A stretch of 63,797 bases of DNA, filler included, from Chiloscyllium plagiosum (Eukaryota), in the NCBI RefSeq assembly GCF_004010195.1. It is 4 parts of 2 records of this genome, joined end to end, with 100 filler letters (N's around TTAATTAATTAA, not from the genome) between each part and the next. Parts side by side here need not be neighbours in the genome. Positions count along the whole stretch, not along the records: positions 24,555 to 54,403 come from NC_057714.1; positions 54,504 to 60,918 come from NC_057714.1; positions 61,019 to 63,797 come from NC_057715.1; 1 more part is not named here. The stretch is one strand, 5' to 3'. Below, piece after piece: positions 51,270 to 63,797 of this stretch. The notes beneath the pieces are model-generated. The model was given only the letters and a program-made list of their open reading frames with translations, was not told where the DNA came from and made no database searches. Every line of letters begins with the position of its first letter. The first letter of the stretch is position 1. A program made the position numbers and the translations under genes.

Positions 51270-52820
51270 AATATGGACATAAGTTGCGAGAGCTTATGTA
51301 GAACTTGCTGCATGTTTGCTGAAGCTGTTCCAGTACAGCTAAAACACAGGCATCTACCCCACAATGTAGAAAATGTCCAATGTCCTCAAAATGCAGAACT
51401 AAACTAGTTTATTGTTGCTTATCAGCAAAGTGATGGATGGGGTCCATGTCTGTGCTATAAAAAGACACTGTCAAAAGAATAACCTGCTCACTCATACTCA
51501 GTTTGGGTACTTCCAGGGATGCTATCATGATAATGGTCATACTTAACACAAATGAAAATGGTTGTGGTTTTTAAGAGGTTAGTCATCTCAACTCCAGGAG
51601 TTCCATCTCTGCAGCAGTTCCTCAGAGCAGATACTTTCTAATCAACCTTGTCAGAAATGTTATGACATACCTCCGGAGCAGGTGCAACTTGAACCCAGAC
51701 CTCAAGCCTCAGAGGTAGGGTCAGTACCACTGTGTCACCAGAGCCCTCTAAATTCCTCAGGGTAGTGTCCTCAGCCTAAACATCTTCATGTGCTTCATCA
51801 AAGACCTTCCCTTTGTCATAAAGTCCGAAGTCGAGATACTTGCTAATGATTGCAGGATGTTCAGTACTATTTGCTAATCCTAATACTGGAGCGGTCTATG
51901 TGTCCATATGCAGCAAGACGTGGGGAACATTCAGACTTGGGCTAATAAGTGGCAAATAACATTTATGCCACACAACTGCCAAGCATCTCCATCAACAGAG
52001 AATCTGATCATTGCCCCTTTACATTTAATGGCATTACCACTGTTGAATAACTCGCTATCAACATCTTGGATGTTATCAGTGACCGTAAACTAGTGTTGAG
52101 CTTCTTGAGTGTTATTGCAGCCGCAGCCATCCAGGCAAGTGCGGATTATTTCATCACATGCCTGACTCGTGCCTTGTAGATGGTGGACAGGCTTTGAAAA
52201 GTCAAGTCAGTTACTTGTCGAAGAATTCCCAGTCTCTGAATAGTCTGGTTCGGCTTCCGTTTAATGATTAGATTAGATTAGATTAGATTAGATTATTTAC
52301 AGTGTGGAAACAGGCCCTTCGGGCCAACAAGTCCATACCGACCTGCCGAAGCGCAACCCACCCATTCCCCTACATTTACCCCTTTTACCTAACGCTACGG
52401 GCAATTTAGCATGGCCAATACACCTGACCTGCACATCTTTGGACTGTGGGAGGAAACCGGAGCACCCGGAGGAAACCCACGCAGACACGGGGAGAATGTG
52501 CAAACTCCACACAGTCAGTCGCCTGAGTCGGGAATTGAACCCGGGTCTCTGGCGCTGTGAGGCAGCAGTGCTAACCACTGTGCCACCGTGCCGCCCACGG
52601 TGATTGATTTTGGGAAATTCAGCAATGACAATGCAATGGAAAGACAAGAGTGAGGTTTGGAATTTGCCTTGCTAGAAATAGCCATTGCTTGGCACTGGTG
52701 GGGAAGAAATGTTACTTGCTACTAATTAGACCAAGCCTGAATGCTGTCCAGGTCTCGCTGCTTTTTAATATGTATTTTTAGTAACATTCTTATCTCTGAC
52801 CAAACGATGGAGGTAAAGTC
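51270..52820. mobile_element. Second LINE family fragments (plus ~51270-52090, minus ~52095-52820)
   Basis: PQGSVLSLNIFMCFIKD..ILANDC RT-like motifs; homologous to 28680-29100. Confidence 0.7.
52266..52597 (-). mobile_element. Young HE1/V-SINE-type SINE with a (TAATC)n tail
   Basis: Intact A and B boxes, CpGs retained, (TTAGA)5 on the + strand. Confidence 0.95.
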
Positions 52821-52826
52821 ATTAAT

Positions 52827-53875
52827 AATAGACAATAGGTGCAGAAGTAGGCCATTCTGCCCTTCGAGCCTGCACCACCATTCAATATGATCATGGCTGA
52901 TCATCCTTAATCAGTATCCTGTTCCTGCCTTATCTCCATAACCCTTGATTCCACTATCCTTGAGAGCTCTATCCAACTCTTTCTTAAATGAATCCAGAGA
53001 CTGGGCTTCCACTGCCCTCTGGAGAAGAGCATTCCACACAGCCACCACTCTCTGGGTGAAGAAGTTTCTCATCTCTGTCCAAAATGGTCTACCCCATATT
53101 TTTAAGCTGTGTCCTCTGGTTCAGCACTCACCCATCAGCGGAAACATGTTTCCTGCCTCCAGAGTGTCCAATCCTTTAATAATCTTATACGTCTCAAACA
53201 GATCCCCTCTCAGTTTTCTAAACTCAAGGGTATACAAGCCCAGTCGCTCCAGTCTTTCAGCGTAAGGTAGTCCCGCCATTCCAGGAATAGACCTTGTGAA
53301 CCTACGCTGCACTCCCTCAATAGCCAGAATGTCTTTCCTCAAATTTGGAGACCAGAACTGCACACAATACTCCAGGTGCGGTCTCACCAGGGCCCTGAAC
53401 AGCTGCAAAACAGCTGCTTCTATATTCAATCCCTCGTTATGAAGGCCGGCATGCTATTAGCCGTCTTCATACCTGCTGTACCTGCATGCTTACCTTCATT
53501 GACTGGTGTACAAGAACACCCAGATCTCTTTGTACTGCCCCTTTACCTAAATTGATTCCATTTAGATAGTAATCTGCTTTCCTGTTCTTGCCTCCATAGT
53601 GGATAACCATACATTTATCCACATTAAACTGCATCTGCCATGCATCTGACCACTCACCTAACCTCCTATGTGGGACTTTATCAAAAGCTTTCTGAAAGTC
53701 CAGTTACACTACATCTACTGGATTTCCCTCATCCATCTTCAGAGTTACATCCTCAAAAAATTCCAGAAGATTAGTCAAGCATGATTTCCCCTTCATAAAT
53801 CCATGATGACTTTGACCTATCCTGTTACTACTATCCAGATGTGTTGTAATTTCATCCTTTATAATAGATTCCAGC
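52827..53875 (-). mobile_element. Young CR1 with an internal deletion
   Basis: Near-identical to 13266-13743 and 23700-24454; HGFMKGKSCLTNLLEFFE at 53704-53870. Confidence 0.92.
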
Positions 53876-53877
53876 AA

Positions 53878-54403
53878 TATAGAACAATACAGCACAGAAC
53901 AGGCCCTTCGGCCCACGATGTTGTGCCGAACATTTGTCCTTGCTTAAGCATCCATTCATGTACCTATCCAATTGCCGCTTGAAGGTCACCAAAGATTCTG
54001 ACTCTACCACTCCCACAGGCAGCGCATTCCATGCCCCCACCACTCTCTGGGTAAAGAACCCACCCCTGAAATCTCCCCTATACCTTCCACCCCTCACCTT
54101 AAATTTATGTTCCCTTTTAACACTCTGTTGTACCCGGGGAGAAGTTTCTGACTGTCTACTCTATCTATTCCTCTGATCATCTTATAAACCTCTATCAAGT
54201 CACCCCTCATCCTTTGCCGTTCCAATGAGAAAAGGCCTAGCGCACTCAACCTATCCTCGTATGACCTATTCTCCATTCCAGGCAACATCCTGGTAAATCT
54301 TCTCTGCACCCTCTCCAAAGCTTCCACATCTTTCCTAAAGTGAGGCGACCAGAACTACACACAGTACTCCAAATGTGGCCTTACCAAGGTCCTGTACAGC
54401 TGC
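53878..54403 (-). mobile_element. CR1 3' end of another subfamily, cut by a scaffold join
   Basis: LERVQRRFTRMLPG, RGGFFTQRVVGAWNALP; (TTCTATA) tail. Confidence 0.9.
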
Positions 54404-54503
54404 NNNNNNNNNNNNNNNNNNNNNNNNNNNNNNNNNNNNNNNNNNNNTTAATTAATTAANNNNNNNNNNNNNNNNNNNNNNNNNNNNNNNNNNNNNNNNN
54501 NNN
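54404..54503. other. Artificial scaffold join N44-TTAATTAATTAA-N44
   Basis: Exactly 100 nt. Confidence 0.95.
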
Positions 54504-54741
54504 TCATCTTCCTGACCTCTCCGCCCCCACCCCACTCCGGCCTATCACCCTCACCTTGACCACCCTCCACCTATCGAATTTCCAAAGCCCCTCCCTCAAG
54601 TCCCTCCTCCCTACCTTTTATCTTAGCCTGCTGGACACACTTTTCTCATTCCTGAAGAAGGGCTTATGCCCGAAACGTCGATTCTCCTGTTCCTTGGATG
54701 CTGCCTGACCTGCTGCGCTTTTCCAGCAACACATTTTCAGC
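54504..54741 (+). mobile_element. PLE P4 3' end with an intact hammerhead core at 54648-54683
   Basis: AUUC-CUGAAGA-A-[GGGC UUAU GCCC]-GAAA-CGU-C-GAUU, followed by the GATGCTGCCTGACCTGCTG tail. Confidence 0.8.
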
Positions 54742-55218
54742 TAAGACATCGGTTAGGCCACTTTTGGAAGATTGAGTGCAATTCTGGTCTTCTTCCTATC
54801 GGAAGGGTTTTGTGGAACTTGAAAGGGTCCAGAAAGGATTTGCAAGCATGTTGCCAGCATTGGAGGATTTGAACTGTAGGGAGAGGCTGAACAGGCTGGG
54901 GCTGCTCTAAGGCTGAGGGGTGACCTTATAGAGGTTTATGAAATCATGAGAGGCATGGATAGGATAAGCAGACAAGGTCTTTTCTCTGCAACGTTTTCAT
55001 ACAAAGGTGTGGTGCGTGTGTGGAATGAGCTGTCAGAGGAAGTGGTGGAGGCTGGTACGATTACAACATTTAAAAGGCATTTGGATGGGTATATGAATAA
55101 GAAGGGTTTAGACGGATATGGGCCATGTCCTGGCAATTGGGACTAGATTAGGTCGGCATGGGCGAGTTGGACTGAAGGGTCTGTTTTCGTGCTATATATC
55201 TCTATGACTCTATGACTA
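54742..55218 (+). mobile_element. CR1 3' fragment
   Basis: VWNELSEEVVEAGTITTFKRHLD; (CTATGACT)n tail. Confidence 0.9.
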
Positions 55219-56119
55219 TTTACCCATAAAACCCCTATCATTATCTTGAATATTTAAATGACGTAACCTGAGATTTATGGGAAATTACACAGGACACAAA
55301 ATTTCTGTCAATTAAATTTTATTGTATTTTCAAAACAGATTGAAAACCAGCACTATCGCACAATCCATAATTAACTAAAACACACTACATCTTGAACCAT
55401 ACTCCAAATAATATTACAAGAGCTAACCTTACATACAGTCATGAAAAGATGCTTGGTACTTATTGATTGCAACAACGTTGAGGTAACTGGCCAAAGTCAC
55501 TTTATTTTAATTGTCGCAAAGAAATTTCTTTGGCATTCCTTTTAATTTTTCAGTTGTCAACAGGATGTTGCACTGACAAGACGTCATATCCATTAAAAAG
55601 TCCTTTACAAACATACTTTATTTTGCCCAATGAAATTTTGAGTTGTTGATTTGAACCTATTACAAACATACTTTATACTTAATATAGCTTTAAGGACTTG
55701 AACATAGAAAGATTCTGGGAAGTAATTTATTTCTTTTGAGCTTTGTGACTATACCTTCAAGTAGTTTCTTTAAAAATCATCATTGAAAGTTCACTTTGGA
55801 CATTGGAACTTTTTTTATACTTGGCTTCCTAGCAATCACACCACTGGTGATAAATTGTTGCTTTGATTTGGGGCCTGCTAACGCTGATTTTGAACAGCGA
55901 GTGACTTGGAGAGATTATTGTTCTATCTAACTGAGTCGGAGAGAGGTCTTCTGAGCACAAACTGTGTTGGAGTGAGGTTTGCATGAGCAAGCTCCTCAAT
56001 GTTGGATGTGTGGTGGTAGTAGTTTTGAAGGTACAATAAAATCTTACAAATATAAATTCTGTGTCCAGTGTAAATTCTTATAAATCTCAGGGTACAGGTT
56101 AACAGTTGGGTTGGGAAAT

Positions 56120-57385
56120 TGTTCGGGTCAGTAATCAAGGATAAGGTAATTCAACACCTTGAAAAGTTTCATTTAGTTAGGGAGAGTCAACAGAGATTAA
56201 TGACAAGTTGGTGATCCCTGACAAACCTCATTGAATTTTTTTGAAGAGGTATCTATTGTAGTGGACAGGGAAACAGTTATGGATATTGTTTATATGGACT
56301 TCCAAAAGGCTTTTAATAAAACCTCATGTAACAGTTTGTTAGCTAAGATAGAAGCCCATGGAATTGAGGGTAAATTACTGACATGGTGGGAATTTGGTTG
56401 AGTGAAAGGTGACAAAAGGTAGGAATAATAGGTAAATACTCACATTGGCAGGATTGACGAGTGGTGACCCACAAAGATCTGTTAGGGCTTCAATTATTCA
56501 TGTTATTTATTAACAACTTGGAGAATGGCATAGAAAGACATCTTTCCAAATTTGCTGATGACATAAAGTTCAGTGGAATTATCAACAGTAGATGATAGCA
56601 TTACATTTCAAAGGATATTGATAGACGAAGTGAAAGGAAAACCTGTGCTGTTGGATTTCAATGTAAGCAACTGTAAGGTTAACCACTTTGGACTGAAAAA
56701 TGATAGATCAAGGTACTTTCTAGATGGTATGAAGCGAGGTTCAGATGCATAGATCTTTAAAATGTCACCAACAGCTGCAAAAAAAATCAAGAATGCTAAT
56801 GGAACGCTGACTTTTATATCTAGAGGACTGGAGTACAAAGATACAGAAGGTGTGCTGCAGTTATACAAAACCTTTGTTCGACCCCTCTTAGAGTCTGCGA
56901 GAGTAGGCACGACACCTTAGGAAGGATATATTGGCTTTGGAGGGAGTCCAATGTAGATTTCCAAGAATGATTATGTTATGAAGAGAGATTGCAGAAATTA
57001 CACCAGTTTTCTCTAGAATTTTAAAAAGTTAAGGGTGATCTTATTGAAGTCATCAAAGTATTAACAGGAAAATCCAGAGTAGATAACAATACACTATTTC
57101 CACTAGTTGAAGATTCTAGAATTAGGCTGCAATGTCTGAGAATTAGGGCCAGGCTATTCATGAGAGACATTAAGATGTTTGGAACTCTCTTCCATGAACA
57201 GCATTTGATGCAGAATCAGTTGTTAATATTAAAACTGGGTTAGCTTTCTTTTGTTCAGCAAAAGTATTAGGGGATATGGGCCAAAGGCCAAAGATATATA
57301 GAGTTAGACCATAGATCAGTCATGATCTCAATGGATGTTGGAACAATGTCAAGGGGCTGAATGGCCTGCTCATGTTCCCATGGCA
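56120..57385 (+). mobile_element. Decayed CR1 RT to 3' end
   Basis: YMDFQKAF, SKFADD and NANGTLTFISRGLEYK. Confidence 0.85.
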
Positions 57386-57507
57386 TTTCAATGAAAAACT
57401 TCCTTCCTGATTGCTTCCATTTCTGAAAAGAAAACCTGTTACATTAGTTGAGGGTTAAATCTGTTTGTCCGTTTGAAAGAGTAATTGAAAAAAAATACCT
57501 CAAGATT

Positions 57508-57717
57508 GATTTGGAGATGCCGGTGTTGGACTAGGGTGTACAAAATTAAAAATCGCACAACATTAGGTTATAGTGCAACAGGTTTATTTGGAAACAATAG
57601 CTTTCAGATGCTGCTCCTTCAACAGGTAGTTGTGGAGCAGCGCTCTGAAAGCTAGTACTTCCAAATATACTGGTTGGACTATAACTTGGTATTGTGTGAT
57701 TTTTAAATTTGTACACT
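57508..57717. mobile_element. Fold-back PLE mini-element (P2) with degenerate hammerheads
   Basis: GTGTACAAAATTAAAAATCGCACAA / TTGTGTGATTTTTAAATTTGTACAC arms; possible TSD TCAAGATT. Confidence 0.8.
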
Positions 57718-58084
57718 TCAAGATTTTATTTTCTGAGCAAATTTTGTCTGCACAACTTTGGAGACAACTGTGCATGGTGACATGTGTTAGAATAGCAGAA
57801 CAACTTCCTATTCCTATATTTTATTATTTTGACTTCAAGAATAATCCATTGACCAAAGTATTTTTGTTTGCAGGAAGATTTCTGTGGAGAAATCTTTCTT
57901 CAAACAAAAATACTTTGGTCAATGGAGAAATCTGTGGAGGAATCTTTCTTTTCACTTTTGCTGAAGAGTTTGTGTGTATATGTTAAGTACATGTGTTTGG
58001 GGATATTTAGAGGGATTAATATTTATTCTTCAATATTATTGACTGTGTATGTTAACCAATTATTTCAGCTTTATTGAAAATGTG

Positions 58085-59400
58085 CATGGTACGGTCTTTG
58101 GGTGTGTTGCTGAGCAAAGATACCTTGGAGTGCAGGTTCATAGTTATTCGAAAATGGAGTTGCAGGTAGACAGGATAGTGAAGAAGGCGTTTGGTATGCT
58201 TGCCTTTATTGGTCAGTGCATTGAGTATAGGAATTGGGAGGTCAAGTTGCAGCTGTACAGGACATTAGTTAGGCCACTTTTGGAATACTGTATAGAAGTC
58301 TGGTCTCCCTGTTTTGGGAAAGGTGTACTTTTGAAAGGGTTCAGAAAAGATTTACAAGGATGTTGCCAAGGTTGGAGGGTTTGAGCAATAGGGAAAAGCT
58401 GAATAGGTTGTGGCCATTTTCCAGGCAAAAGTGACGACTGCAGATACTGGAGATCAGAGTCAAGATTAGAGTGGTGCTGGAAAAGCACAGCAGGTCAGGC
58501 TGTGGAGCAGGAAATTCGACGTTTCAGGCAAAAGTCCTTCATCAGGAATAAGGCAGGGAACCTCAGGAGTGGAGAGATAAATGGGAGGGGGGTGGGGCTG
58601 GGGAGAAGGTAGCTAAGAGTGCAGTAGGTGTTTGGAGGTGGGGATGAAAGTGATAGGTCGGAGAGGAGGGTGGAGTGAATAGGTGGGAAGGATGATTGGC
58701 AGGTAGGACAGGTCATGAGGATGATGCTGAGCTGGCAGGTTGGATCTGGGGTAAGGTGGGGGGAGGGGAAATGAGGAAACTGGTGAAATCTAGTCCAGTT
58801 TCAGCACCATCCTCATGACCTGTCCTACCTGCCAATCTTCCTTCCTACCTATCCGCTCCACCCTCCTCTCCGACCTATCACCTTCATCCTCAACCCCATC
58901 CACCTAATGTACTCTTGGCTACCTTCTCCCCAGCCCACCCCCATGATTTTCCTGCTCCTCGGATGCTGCCCGACCTGCTGTGCTTTTCCAGCGCCCCTCT
59001 AATTTGGGGCTATTTTCCTGGAGTGTCAGAAGCTGAGAGGTGACCTTATAGAGGTTTATAAAATCATGACGGTCGTGGATAGGGTAAATAGCCCTGGGAT
59101 GGGGGAGTTGAAAACTAGATGGCACAGGTTTAAGGTGAGAGGAGAAAGATTTAAAAAGCACCTAAGGGGCAACATTTTTGTGCAGAGGGTGGTGCATATA
59201 TAGAATAAACTGCCAGAGGAAGTGGTGGAGGCTGGTACAATTACAATATTTAAAAGGAATCTAGATGTGTATGTGAATAGGAAGGGTTTAGAGGGACATG
59301 GGCCAAATGCTGACGAATGGGACAAGATTAATTTAGGATATCTGGTCAGCGTGGACAAGTTGGACCCAAGTATCTGTTTCCGTGTGTACATCTCTATGAC
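58085..59400 (+). mobile_element. CR1 3' portion interrupted by a PLE
   Basis: LYRTLVRPLLEYC before the insertion; LRGDLIEVYK resumes at ~59030. Confidence 0.88.
58426..59006. mobile_element. Fold-back PLE P4 element (minus arm ~58426-58790, plus arm ~58795-59005); hammerhead at 58514-58549 (-)
   Basis: Inverted arms; TSD-like GGCCATTTTCCAGG / GGCTATTTTCCTGG; AUUC-CUGAUGA-A-[GGAC UUUU GCCU]-GAAA-CGU-C-GAAU. Confidence 0.82.
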
Positions 59401-59409
59401 TAGAAAAAC

Positions 59410-60520
59410 TGAAATGTTTGAAAATGGATAAATCGCCCGGACCAGATGGGCTATACTGTAGTGTTCTGAAGGAGTTAGCTGAAGAGATAGTGGAGGCTTT
59501 AGTAGTGATCTTTCAGGTATCATTGGAGTCAGGGAGGGTCCCATAGGACTGAAAAATTACAAGTATAGCCCCCCGTTTAAGAAGGGAGCAAGGCAAAAGA
59601 TGGGAAATTATAGGGCAAATAGCCTGACCTCAGTCGTTGGTAAAATTTTGGAGTCCATTGTGAAAAGTGAGATTTCTGAATACTTGGAAGCATTTGCTAA
59701 AATAGGGCAAAGCCAGCATGGTTTAATCAAGGGGAGGTCATGCCTGACACATCTGTTAGAATTTTTTGTGAAGATAATGACAGCCTAGATCAAGGAGAGC
59801 TAATGGATGTTATTCGTCTGGGCTTCCACAAGGCCTTTGATAAGGCATTGCACAGGAGGCTGCTGAGAAAATGAGGGTCCATGGTGTTACAGGTCAGATA
59901 CTACCAAGAATAGAAGATTGGCTGTCTGGCAGAAAGCAGAGAGTAGGGATAAAAAGGCCCTTCTCAGGATGGAAGCCTGTGACTAATGTTGTTCCACGGG
60001 GTTGGTGTTGGGACCACGTTTCCCTTTATGCATTAATGATCCGGGTGAAGGAACTAAGGGCATTCTGGCTCAGTTTGCAGATGATACAAAGATAGGTGGA
60101 GGGGCAGGTAGTATTGAGGAGGCGGGGAGACTGCAGAATGATTTAGACAGGGTAGGAGAGTGGGCAAAAAGGTGGCAGGTGAAATACAACATAGCAAAGT
60201 GTGAGGTAATGCACTATGTTAGGAAGAATAGAGGCACTATTTTCTAAGTGGGGAGAAAATTCAGAAATCTGAAGTGCAAAGGAACTTGGGAGTCCTAGTC
60301 CAAGTTTCTCTTCAGGTAAACTTGCAAGCTGAGTTGCTAGTTATGGAAAGCAAATACAGTATTGTCATTCATTGTGGGAGGACTAGAATGAAAAAGCAGG
60401 GATGTACTTCACAGGCTTTATAAGGCTTTGGTCAGACCACATTTGGAGTATTGTGAGCAATTTTGGGCTTCATAATTCAGAAAAGATATATTGGCCATGG
60501 AGCGGGTCCAGAGAAAGTTA
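59410..60520 (+). mobile_element. CR1 RT region
   Basis: GNYRANSLTSVVGKILE, QHGLIKGRSCLTHLLEFF, QFADDTK. Confidence 0.9.
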
Positions 60521-60918
60521 TAAAGGTAGAGGATCCAGCACCAATCCTTGTGGCACTCTACTGGTCACAAGCCTCCAGTCTGATAAACAACCCTCCACCA
60601 CCACCCTCTGTCTTCTACCTTTGAACCAGTTTTGTATCCAAATGGATAGTTCTCCCTTTATTCTGTGAGATCTAATCTTGCTAACCAGTCTCCCTTGGGG
60701 AACCTTGTCGAAGGCCTTCCTGAAATCCATATAAATCACATCTCCCACTCTGCCCTCATCAATCCTCTTTGTTACTTCCTCAAAAAACTCAAATCAAGTT
60801 TGTGAGACATGATTTCCCACACACAAAGCCATGTTGACTATCCCGAATCAGTCCTTTCCTTTCCAAATACATGTACATCCTGTCCCTCAGGATTCCCTCC
60901 AACAACTTGCCCACCACC
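60521..60918 (-). mobile_element. CR1 RT fragment
   Basis: DVIYMDFRKAFDKVP..RQRVVVEG..VPQGLVL. Confidence 0.9.
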
Positions 60919-61018
60919 NNNNNNNNNNNNNNNNNNNNNNNNNNNNNNNNNNNNNNNNNNNNTTAATTAATTAANNNNNNNNNNNNNNNNNNNNNNNNNN
61001 NNNNNNNNNNNNNNNNNN
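60919..61018. other. Artificial scaffold join N44-TTAATTAATTAA-N44
   Basis: Exactly 100 nt. Confidence 0.95.
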
Positions 61019-61470
61019 CCTCCCTCCTACACCAGCTGCGCAGCCACGTGTTAAGCTGCACCCCCTCCCTGTTCCTCGCCTCGCTATCTCGTGGCACCGG
61101 TAGTAAACTAGAGAACATACTCTGTTCATCCTGCTTTGCAGCTTCCATTCTAACTCCCTGAAATCACTTTTTCTATCCTCAATCCTTTTTCTGGCTATAT
61201 CATTAGTGCCAATATGTAACACGATTTCTGGCTGTTCGCCCTCCCCTTTTAGAACCTTATACACCCGATCGGAGACGTCCCGGACCCTGGCACCAGGGAG
61301 GCAACATACCTTCCGGGAATCCCGATCCTGACCACAAAATCTCCTGTTGATTCCCCTAACTATTGAGTCCCCTACCACGAGTACTTTTCTATTCTGCCCC
61401 CTTCCCTTCTTTGCCACAGTGTCAGGCTCAGTGCCAGAGAACTGACTACTATGGCTTTCCTCTGGTAGGT
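61019..61470 (-). pseudogene. CR1 ORF1 SGNH/GDSL esterase-like domain fragment (one frameshift near 61120)
   Basis: VLVVGDSIVRG..CCLPGARV..VLHIGTND, then SLLPVPR..NTWLRSWCRRE in another frame; this is the typical CR1 ORF1 esterase. Confidence 0.88.
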
Positions 61471-61559
61471 CATTCATGTTGACATGTTGCAGAACTTTAC
61501 TGTTCATCTCAATGTCTTGCTACTATGTTTAATTGAGAAATTATGGGGAAATTTGAACC

Positions 61560-62210
61560 AAACAGATGAGATGAGAATACAGTGTGCACTGTTGACCTCC
61601 ATATTTAAGGAGGAATATACTTGCATTAGAGGTGTTGTGGGAAAGTTTCACTACATTGATCCCAGTGATGAGGGGGTTGTCCTGTGTGAGAGACTGAGTA
61701 AACTGGGTCTACATTTTCTGTAGGTTGGAAGAGTGAGAAGTGATCCAGTAGAAATATACAAGATTCCAAACAGGCTTCCAAAGGGGAATAAACAGTAATA
61801 CGGGAAAGTGAATATACTGAGCATACCATTGTAAAACATACAAATCCTACCAATATTTAGCACTTACAAATTCTTCTTTTGGTCAACAGGATAAATGTTG
61901 AGATGCCACTTCTACTGGTCAGGAAATTTAGAATGTGGGGGCACAGTCTCAAGATAAGAAACAGATCATTTGAAATGAGAATAAATGACTTCACTCAAAG
62001 GGTTTTGAATCTTTGGAATTCTCTACCCCAGAGGAAAGTTGATGCTCCATTATTGAATGCATTTAAGTTAGAAATAGACAAATGTTTGCTCTCTAAAGGA
62101 ACCAAGGAAATAAGGAAGCTGGAAAGTGAAGATGATGTTCAACTTTATGATTGTATGAATGACAGAGCTGGCTCAATGTTCTGTATGCTTTACTCCTGCT
62201 CCTATTTTTC
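61560..62210 (+). mobile_element. Decayed CR1 3' fragment
   Basis: GHSLKIR..FTQRVLNLWNSLPQ. Confidence 0.8.
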
Positions 62211-63797
62211 TGTCTTATTGTGGTACGTTGGTATTACACTTGCCCAATTTTACTGCTCTCGAGTTGTCAACATAGGGTAATGTTGGATGAGATTAAAACC
62301 AAATTCCCCACCTGGTTCCACGAGTTTCCTTCCTGAAAAATTAGGTTAAAGTATTCCTAAATATGTCTTTAATGGAGACAATCAAACCAAATACTTGTGG
62401 CATGATTCCAACTGCACTGTCACTCTACAATTCTGACCTTATTTTCTGGTTATATACAATCCAAATCGTCATGACAGAAAAGATTTTGTGACCATTATAT
62501 TTGGTGAGGCTGTTGGTTCCTCCATGTACATATACACAAAGCTATTATATCTTTGTTTCCTTTCACAATCTTGGGTTCGTTTCAAAATTTGTGTAATGAC
62601 GAATATTGACAACACGGACACATTTGGATAGTGTCGTAGAGGAGTAGCCATTAATGTGATTCATCCCCATTCAGTCAATTGCTTTATATATCATTGGCTG
62701 TACTGAGATAAGAAACAAGAAATGGGATCAGATGGCACTCACAACCATTTCTAATTAAAGCCTTTAATTTATTATTTAGTTACACATTTTTACTTAGCAA
62801 TTGTGCCTTGAGAATGCCAAATTCAATTAATATCAATTTTCAACACATTTTGGTAACTGACCAATTAAATTTATTTCTGCATACAATATTAACACAATCT
62901 CAGTGATTTTATTCAAATTGTTTTAAAATGCATTTAGCTCCTTAACCTAAGTAATAAGTCATAGTAATAAGTTAGAATTCTCACTTAGTATGACATCAGT
63001 TTTCACGTATAGAAACAAAATGGGAGACTTTCAGCCCCCAAGCCTTTCGACCACTTAATGAGGATCATGCCAGCTATGTCCCTGAACACCACTTATCTGC
63101 CATGACTCCTTATCCGTTTATATCCTTATCTAGCAAAAGTCTACTAACCTCAGACTTTAAATTATTTCAGTGCTTTATGTGAGAGAGTTTTCATATATCT
63201 ACCAACCTTTGCATGAGTAGGTTTTTCCTAACTTCTTTTAAGGTTGTGTTCCTTATATCTGAGGCTTTCCACCCTAGCAGTTCATTAAACATGCAAAACC
63301 CTTTAACCTTCTGCCAATTTGTATCTAGGTACTTTATACCTAAGATGGCATTATGTGTTGGTGACATTGTACACTTTTCACTGTATCCCTGTTCTTTTGT
63401 AACTTGAGTACACGTGACAATAACCCTAATTCTAATTCTATAGAAACATAATTTACTTCCGTGAGTATAAAATGATGAATGTGAAGAAGTGTAATTGTAC
63501 CATTGATGCATTCTAGAAGTGAGAGTGAGGAGTTTGAAGGAATAATGAATGCAGATACAGATTCAAGTATTAAGGCAGAAAAATAGTTCTATAACCTTTC
63601 AATTGCTACTCTGAAAGCAAAGCTCCCATTATGGACACAGGCAAAACAAAAGTACAAGCCAGGTCTTTACTGGCCCCCAGGAGGTGGATAGAGAGGTAAG
63701 GAGGGTAATAAAATCATGGGGAGTGGGTCATATCTTAAAGTAAGGGAACATTTAGGAAGCAGCGATCATAATATGGTAGAGTTCAGTCTGCAGTTTG

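Overview
Repeat-rich vertebrate intronic DNA. The repeat content (HE1/V-SINE-type tRNA SINEs, CR1 LINEs, Deu-domain SINEs, Penelope-like elements) points to an elasmobranch (shark). The only host coding sequence I can support is one 1,399-nt internal exon of ARHGAP39 (Vilse) on the minus strand (12000->10602) with canonical AG/GT boundaries. I could not find its neighbouring exons, so most or all of the window is probably two very long introns. The rest is a 34-bp G-rich minisatellite, dozens of nested CR1/SINE fragments, a probable solo LTR, and three artificial 100-bp scaffold joins (N44-TTAATTAATTAA-N44). The most interesting signal is a set of about 11 minimal type-I hammerhead-ribozyme motifs from at least four Penelope-like element (PLE) families. 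Many sit in short, TSD-flanked, fold-back mini-elements whose 5' ends fall at or inside the ribozyme. They include a divergent back-to-back ribozyme pair and a perfect 84-bp hairpin. PLE hammerheads are an established class, so any novelty lies in these specific families and arrangements. Family and gene names come from recalled similarity, not database searches, and repeat boundaries are approximate unless a TSD is quoted.
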